Positions 58,753-64,000 of a DNA stretch of 64,000 nt are shown here, in pieces. A program made the translations under genes and the position numbers. The DNA comes from an uncultured Candidatus Rokubacteria bacterium (GTDB lineage: Bacteria; Methylomirabilota; Methylomirabilia; Rokubacteriales; DASRDR01), in NCBI GenBank assembly GCA_963708025.1, contig CAVPSB010000003.1, forward strand, positions 1 to 64,000. Reading direction: 5' to 3'. Position 1 is the stretch's first letter. Each line of letters opens with the position of its first letter. The notes beneath the pieces are model-generated. The model did no database searches. It was not told the DNA's origin and saw nothing but the letters and a program-made list of their open reading frames with translations.

Positions 58753-59619
58753 ATGAGAGTGCACCCCGGCATCCTGCGAGTCCGTGGCCACGTCTTCGGC
58801 TGGGAGGGCTCCCGGCCGCGGACGGTGCTGATGGGCGTCGTCAACGTGACCCCCGACTCGTTCGCCGACGGGGGCCGCTTCCTCGACCCCGACGCCGCCG
58901 ACCGCCACGCCCGCGCCCTCGCCGAGGAGGGCGCCGACATCCTCGACATCGGCGCCGAGTCCACCCGGCCCGGCTCCCGCCCGGTCTCGGCCGACGAGGA
59001 GCTGGTCCGCCTGCTGCCGGTGCTGGAGCGGCTCCTCAAGGACCCGCCGTGTCCGATCTCCGTGGACACCGTCAAGCCCGAGGTGGCCGAGGCCGCGCTC
59101 GCCCTCGGGGTCCACATGGTGAACGACGTGACCGGGCTGGCGGCCGGGCCCGATCTGGCGCGGGTGTGCGCCCGCTACGGGGCGGCGCTCTGTCTGGTGC
59201 ACATGCAGGGGACACCGGCGACCATGCAGGAGGCGCCTCACTACGACGACCTGCTCGGCGAGGTTCGCGCGCGGCTGGCCAGCGCGGTGGCGGCAGCCGA
59301 GGCGGCCGGGGTGGCGCCGGACGCGATCTGCGTCGATCCCGGGATCGGCTTCGGCAAGACGCTCGCGCACAACCTGACGCTCCTGAAGCGGCTCGACGCG
59401 CTGGCCCCGCTCGGCAAGCCCATCCTGGTCGGGCCATCCCGCAAGCGGTTCATCGGCGCGCTGCTGGGCGCCGAGCCCGCCGATCGATTCGAGGGCACGC
59501 TGGCCGCCTGCGTGATGGCGGTCCAGGCCGGCGTCCACCTCCTCCGCGTCCACGACGTCGCTGCCGTGCGGCGGGCCGTGCGGGTGGCCGAGGCGATCCG
59601 GGATGCCGATGAGGCCTGA
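58753..59619 (+). CDS. folP: Dihydropteroate synthase
   Basis: MGVVNVTPDSFADGG, IGAESTRPG, DPGIGFGK, SRKRF, RVHDV. Confidence 0.97.
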   Translation: MRVHPGILRVRGHVFGWEGSRPRTVLMGVVNVTPDSFADGGRFLDPDAADRHARALAEEGADILDIGAESTRPGSRPVSADEELVRLLPVLERLLKDPPCPISVDTVKPEVAEAALALGVHMVNDVTGLAAGPDLARVCARYGAALCLVHMQGTPATMQEAPHYDDLLGEVRARLASAVAAAEAAGVAPDAICVDPGIGFGKTLAHNLTLLKRLDALAPLGKPILVGPSRKRFIGALLGAEPADRFEGTLAACVMAVQAGVHLLRVHDVAAVRRAVRVAEAIRDADEA

Positions 59620-59640
59620 GCCCACCATCGCATCCTGCCG

Positions 59641-60507
59641 GTGGCGGCCGGAGACCTCGGCGTGACGGCCAGCGTGTGGGACGTCCTGCGCGTGTTCCGG
59701 CTCCGCGATGCGCTCGACATCGCCATCGTCGCCTACGTCCTCTACCGCGCGCTCCTGATGTTCCGGGGCACGCTCGCCGTCCAGATGCTGTCGGGGATCG
59801 CCCTCCTGATGGTCGCCCGCTTCGCGTCGCGGGAGGCGGGCCTCCACAGCATCGGCTTCATCCTGGACAACTTCTGGAGCTTCTGGGTCCTGGCCCTCAT
59901 CGTGCTCTTCCAGCCGGAGCTGCGCCGCACGCTGGCCCAGGTGGGCCGCAGCCGGCTGTTCGAGCGTCTTTTCGGCGAGGCGGGACCGGAGCGGCGCCAC
60001 GTGGTCGAGGAGGTGGTGCAGGCGGCCGAGTCGCTGGCCGCCAAGCGGATCGGCGCGCTCGTCGTCCTGGAGCGGCAGAGCGGCCTCCGACACTACGCCG
60101 AGCTGGGCATGCGCGTAGATGCGACGGTCTCGGCCGAGCTGCTTGGCAGCATCTTCCTGCCGGCCTCGCCCCTCCACGACGGCGCCGTCTTCATCCAGCA
60201 CGGCCGCATCAGCGTCGCCGGCTGTTTCCTGCCGCTGTCCCGGAACCTGCGCCTGTCCCGGACGCTGGGCACCCGTCACCGGGCGGCCCTGGGGCTCGCC
60301 GAGGAGACCGACGCGGTCGTCGTCGTCGTCTCCGAGGAGACGGGCGGCCTCTCGATCGCCGTCGATGGTGGAATGCAGTCGGGGCTCGACTCCGTCGAGC
60401 TGCATCGCCGGCTGGCCGAGCTGATGGGAACCGGCGAGCCGCCCACGGCTTCCCGGAGCGCGCTGCTGGAGGGAGTGCGCCGGCTCACCGTGCGCGGCAA
60501 GGCGTGA
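59641..60507 (+). CDS. cdaA: Diadenylate cyclase CdaA (start may be 59662 or 59674)
   Basis: 3 TM, FQPELRR, LHDGA, GTRHRAA, VSEETG. Confidence 0.95.
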   Translation: MAAGDLGVTASVWDVLRVFRLRDALDIAIVAYVLYRALLMFRGTLAVQMLSGIALLMVARFASREAGLHSIGFILDNFWSFWVLALIVLFQPELRRTLAQVGRSRLFERLFGEAGPERRHVVEEVVQAAESLAAKRIGALVVLERQSGLRHYAELGMRVDATVSAELLGSIFLPASPLHDGAVFIQHGRISVAGCFLPLSRNLRLSRTLGTRHRAALGLAEETDAVVVVVSEETGGLSIAVDGGMQSGLDSVELHRRLAELMGTGEPPTASRSALLEGVRRLTVRGKA

Positions 60508-60905
60508 TGTCGCTGGCGGCGCGCCTCGCCGAGCACTGGCAGCTCAAGCTTCTCTCCCTCGTCTTCGCGATCGCCCTGTGGATCTTCCTGGTGGTGGAGG
60601 ACAAGGGTGAGGCCGTCTACACCGTGCCACTGGACGTGAGGAACGTGCCGCCGGGCACGGAGGTGACCGCGCTCGGGGCGGAGGCCGTCGCGGTGCGGGT
60701 GCAGGGCCTGCGCCACGTCCTGAGCCGCCTCGACGAGCGGGAGCTCCGCGCCGCCGTGGACCTCCGCGGGGCGGGCCCCGGGGACGTGCTCCTGCGGATC
60801 CGGCCGGAGGACATCACGGTGCCTCGCGGTGTGGAGGTGGTGCGGATCACCCCCGCCCAGGTCCGCGCCACGCTGGATCCGGTGGCGTCCCCTCCCCGCC
60901 CCTGA
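60507..60905 (+). CDS. cdaR: CdaR/YbbR-family protein, single YbbR domain
   Basis: WQLKLLSLVFAIALW TM plus one YbbR-like domain; TGATG coupling. Confidence 0.85.
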   Translation: MSLAARLAEHWQLKLLSLVFAIALWIFLVVEDKGEAVYTVPLDVRNVPPGTEVTALGAEAVAVRVQGLRHVLSRLDERELRAAVDLRGAGPGDVLLRIRPEDITVPRGVEVVRITPAQVRATLDPVASPPRP

Positions 60906-61025
60906 GGGGCCCGGCCCGGTTTAATGGCCGGCAACTGGCGGTTCTTGAGATACGGTGACCCGGTGAGGGTCCGCCCAATGAGCATGCGACAAGGAATGCG
61001 GCTTCAGCCCTCCCACCTCCCTCCA

Positions 61026-61117
61026 GCCGAAGGCCGAAGACCCTGCAGGCCTCCGGCTCCCCCCTCCCCCCCGGTGGGTGGGGGAGGGGGGTTGGGGGGG
61101 TGGGCGGGAGGTCCCGA
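61026..61117 (+). repeat. Repeat family A copy upstream of glmM
   Basis: gccgaaggccgaag...cctccggctccccc...gggggaggggggttgggggggtgggcgggaggtcccga. Confidence 0.85.
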
Positions 61118-61124
61118 ATAAAGC

Positions 61125-62513
61125 ATGGGCCGGCTGTTCGGCACCGACGGGATCCGGGGGATTGCGAATGCCGAGCCCCTGACCCCGGAGTTCGCCTACC
61201 GGCTCGGCCGGGTCGCCGCCGCGTATTTCGCGGAGCGGTCGGCGGCCCCTCCAGCCGGGGGGCGCCGGCGGCGAGGCGCCCGTCCGGCGATCCTGATCGG
61301 CCGCGACACCCGGCTGTCGGGCCCGCTGCTGGAGCAGGCGCTGGTCGCCGGCATCCTGTCCACCGGCGTCGACGCGCTGGTGGCCGGCGTCCTGCCGACC
61401 CCGGCCGTCGCGATCCTCACCGCCGCGCTGGGCGCCTGCGCGGGCGTCGTCCTGTCGGCCTCGCACAACCCCTTCGCCGACAACGGCATCAAGCTCTTCT
61501 CGGCCGAGGGCGGGAAGCTCCCCGACGCCTGGGAGGACGAGATCGAGGCACGGCTGGCACGCCCCGACGCGGCCCCCCGACCCACGGGGGCGGGGATCGG
61601 GCGGGTTCGGCCGGTCGCGGGTGCCGAGGGCCGGTACCTGGCGGCCCTCCGGGCCTCGGTGCCGGGGCTCGATCTACGCGGCCAGCGCCTCGTGCTCGAC
61701 TGTGCCCACGGCGCCACCTACCGGGTGGCGCCCCGGCTGTTCAAGGCCCTCGGCGCCGAGGTCGTGACCCTCGGCGTCCGGCCGACCGGCACCAACATCA
61801 ACGCCGGTGCCGGCGCGCTCCACCCCGAGGGTCTCCAGGCGCGGGTCCGCGCGCTGGACGGCGCCGTGGGCCTGGCCTTCGACGGGGACGGGGACCGGAT
61901 CATGACGGTGGACGAGCAGGGCGCGGTGCGGGACGGGGACCATCTGCTCGCGGTCTTCGCCGGGGACCTGACGCGGCGCGACGCCCTGCGGGGCCGGGCG
62001 GTCGTCACGACCGTCATGGCGAACCTGGGCCTGGAGCGGGCGCTGGCCGCCTCGGGCGTCACGACGGTCCGAACGGGGGTCGGGGACCGCTACGTGCTGG
62101 AGGAGATGCTGCGCCGGGGCGCGAACCTGGGAGGCGAGCAGTCGGGCCACATCATCTTTCTCGATCACGCGCCAACGGGCGATGGCCTCCTCTCGGCGCT
62201 CCAGCTTTTGCGCATCCTGCGTGAGACCGGACGGCCGCTGGCCGAGCTGGCCGCCGGCGTGACCAAGTTCCCGCAAGTGCTCGTGAACGTGTCCGTCCGG
62301 GCGAAGCCGCCGCTGGCGAGCCTGCCGGCGGTGAGCGACGCCGTGGACCGGTGGGAGAAGAAGCTCGAGGGCCGCGCCCGGGTCCTGGTCCGGTACTCCG
62401 GGACGGAGGCGCTGGCCCGCATCATGGTGGAGGGGGACGATCAGATGACCATCGAGACGGTGGCCCAGGAGATCGCAGCGGTGATCCGCGCCGAGATCGG
62501 GAGCGGCTCGTGA
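61125..62513 (+). CDS. glmM: Phosphoglucosamine mutase
   Basis: LFGTDGIRG, SASHNP, FDGDGDR, VGDRYV, GGEQSGH, RYSGTE. Confidence 0.97.
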   Translation: MGRLFGTDGIRGIANAEPLTPEFAYRLGRVAAAYFAERSAAPPAGGRRRRGARPAILIGRDTRLSGPLLEQALVAGILSTGVDALVAGVLPTPAVAILTAALGACAGVVLSASHNPFADNGIKLFSAEGGKLPDAWEDEIEARLARPDAAPRPTGAGIGRVRPVAGAEGRYLAALRASVPGLDLRGQRLVLDCAHGATYRVAPRLFKALGAEVVTLGVRPTGTNINAGAGALHPEGLQARVRALDGAVGLAFDGDGDRIMTVDEQGAVRDGDHLLAVFAGDLTRRDALRGRAVVTTVMANLGLERALAASGVTTVRTGVGDRYVLEEMLRRGANLGGEQSGHIIFLDHAPTGDGLLSALQLLRILRETGRPLAELAAGVTKFPQVLVNVSVRAKPPLASLPAVSDAVDRWEKKLEGRARVLVRYSGTEALARIMVEGDDQMTIETVAQEIAAVIRAEIGSGS

Positions 62514-63184
62514 GGGCGGGGCGGCGCGGGGGATGGCTCCTGGTCTGCGCGGTGGGCTGCCTCGTGGCGCTCGGGGCTTGTGGGGGCGGCGGGGGCAACA
62601 ACAGGAACCCCGCGACGCCGACCGGCGACGAGATGCAATTCCTGCTCCAGCACAACGCGCGCTTCAACGACGGCCGCACCGTCCGGTGGCCGAACCTGCC
62701 GATCCGCGTCTTCACCAACGGCATCGCGCAGCAGAACGAGGTCCTGGAATGGACCCGGGCCACGGGCGGCCGGGTCACGTTCACGTTCGTCGGCAGCGCG
62801 GCCGGCGCCGACATCACGTTCCGCTTCGACACGGGCCTGGGCAACGACGTCTGCGGCACGACCACCGTGACGTTCCTGGGCACCGGGGAGATCACCTCGG
62901 CCGACGTCCGGTTGGTGCAGGGGATCTTCCGCGGGCCGCAGTGCCAGCGCACGATCGTCCACGAGACCGCCCACGCCATCGGCTTCCTCGACCACACCGC
63001 CGACGGCGGGCTCATGGACCCCGACGGGGGCAACGGTGTCATCACGGAGCCCGTGAGCACCATGCTTCGGAACCTCTACTCCATAGCCCCCGGCACCTTC
63101 ATCGGTAGCGGCCAGACGGCTCGGGAGGTCCGGCGGGGCGGTGGGAGATCCAGTGTGACGATCGTCGACACGGTCCGGCGGTGA
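62510..63184 (+). CDS. Lipoprotein zinc metalloprotease (metzincin/matrixin-like)
   Basis: Lipobox ALGA-C, HETAHAIGFLDH, Met-turn GLMDP; GTGA overlap with the glmM stop. Confidence 0.8.
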   Translation: MRAGRRGGWLLVCAVGCLVALGACGGGGGNNRNPATPTGDEMQFLLQHNARFNDGRTVRWPNLPIRVFTNGIAQQNEVLEWTRATGGRVTFTFVGSAAGADITFRFDTGLGNDVCGTTTVTFLGTGEITSADVRLVQGIFRGPQCQRTIVHETAHAIGFLDHTADGGLMDPDGGNGVITEPVSTMLRNLYSIAPGTFIGSGQTAREVRRGGGRSSVTIVDTVRR

Positions 63185-63232
63185 CACCCTCGGGGTCGAA
63201 CACGCCGGATCCGTCGAGGCTGGAGGAGTGAA

Positions 63233-63625
63233 GTGATGACACGCCGGGTTGCCCTGTTGGTCGGTCTGCTGCTGGGGCTCGCCGGGACCCCGGAGGCCGG
63301 GACGATGCGGATGGTGGTGGCGGATCTGCCTTACGCGCGGGTGTGGGACGCGGCCGTGCGCGCCGTCCGGGACTACCCCACCGGGCGGACTGCCGATGGA
63401 CTGATCGAGACGGGCTGGCTAGAGCGGAGCCCGCGCGAGGGCGAGGGCACCTTCTCGTCCGTCATGGAGCGGGTCACGGTGCGGGTCGAGCCGTACGCGG
63501 AGCGGATCACGCGCGTGACGGTGGAGGTCGAGGCCAGGGGCTGGCGGGACGGGCAGTGGGTGCCGATTCCCGACACCGAGGCTAGGGAGCGGACCATCCT
63601 CGATCGGGTCCGGGAGGCAGGCTGA
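63233..63625 (+). CDS. Hypothetical exported protein (possibly BamC-like helix-grip fold)
   Basis: Signal peptide, PYARVWDAAV...GLIETGW pattern; GGAGG SD. Confidence 0.6.
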   Translation: MMTRRVALLVGLLLGLAGTPEAGTMRMVVADLPYARVWDAAVRAVRDYPTGRTADGLIETGWLERSPREGEGTFSSVMERVTVRVEPYAERITRVTVEVEARGWRDGQWVPIPDTEARERTILDRVREAG

Positions 63626-63650
63626 CGACCGACGGCGGCGGGCGACGGTC

Positions 63651-64000
63651 ATGATCGTCGGGATCGGCGTCGACGTCGTCCACATCCCACGCATCCGCGG
63701 CGCCATCGAGCGCTGGCAGGAGCGCTTCCTCGGGCGGGTCTTCACGCCCGACGAGCTGGCCTACGCGAAGCGCCGTCGCGATCCCGCCGAGCACCTGGCC
63801 GCGCGGTTCGCCGCCAAGGAGGCGACCCTCAAGGCGCTCGGCACCGGCCTCAGCATGGGGGCCCGCTGGCGCGAGGTCGAGGTCCGGCGCGCGCGGGGGG
63901 AGCCGCCCCGCATGGCCCTGTCCGGGCGGACCGCGGCGCTGGGTGCTGCCCGCGGCGTCCGGATGCTCCACGTCTCGCTCACCCACGACGGCGACTACGC
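63651..64000 (+). CDS. acpS: Holo-ACP synthase (partial, runs off window)
   Basis: MIVGIGVDVV..RI...RFLGRVFT..E...LAARFAAKEA.LKALGTG...VSLTHD. Confidence 0.95.
   Translation, partial: MIVGIGVDVVHIPRIRGAIERWQERFLGRVFTPDELAYAKRRRDPAEHLAARFAAKEATLKALGTGLSMGARWREVEVRRARGEPPRMALSGRTAALGAARGVRMLHVSLTHDGDY

Overview
High-GC (roughly 70%, estimated by eye) chromosomal window from a diderm bacterium. Gene content and style suggest Candidatus Rokubacteria/Methylomirabilota, which is inference only. In order it holds: (1) a REC/HD-GYP phosphodiesterase divergent from a chemosensory operon with a sigma54-type promoter (cheY-cheZ-cheY-cheA-cheW-mcp-orphan secreted PDC sensor-mcp-cheR-cheD-cheB-STAS), closed by a convergent orphan NtrC-type activator; (2) an enoyl-CoA hydratase and fabH; (3) a type II secretion operon (gspE-F-G-H-I-J-K-L-M-C-D plus a lipoprotein); (4) a Fur/Zur regulator with a ZIP transporter, aroQ, an unusual membrane-tethered ECF sigma fusion, a cyclase and an acyl-CoA carboxylase; (5) cobS-cobC, hslR, DUF420 and a type-2 ileS with a GVHH motif; (6) two cobalamin-riboswitch-led corrinoid uptake/remodelling operons (cobU-cobT-btuFCD; btuB-MBL hydrolase-cbiZ-cbiB-tonB); (7) argS-SPOR-hpt-ftsH-folP-cdaA-cdaR-glmM, a metzincin lipoprotein and partial acpS. 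Several genes (mcp, gspD, ileS, btuF, btuB, MBL) carry single-base frameshifts that are most likely sequencing errors. The most notable unexplained signal is a dense set of about 17 interrelated palindromic intergenic elements in 4 families. They show compensatory stem changes and C(GNA)G triloops, sit directly after stop codons, supply Shine-Dalgarno sites or N-terminal coding sequence, and have inserted twice inside a cobalamin riboswitch.
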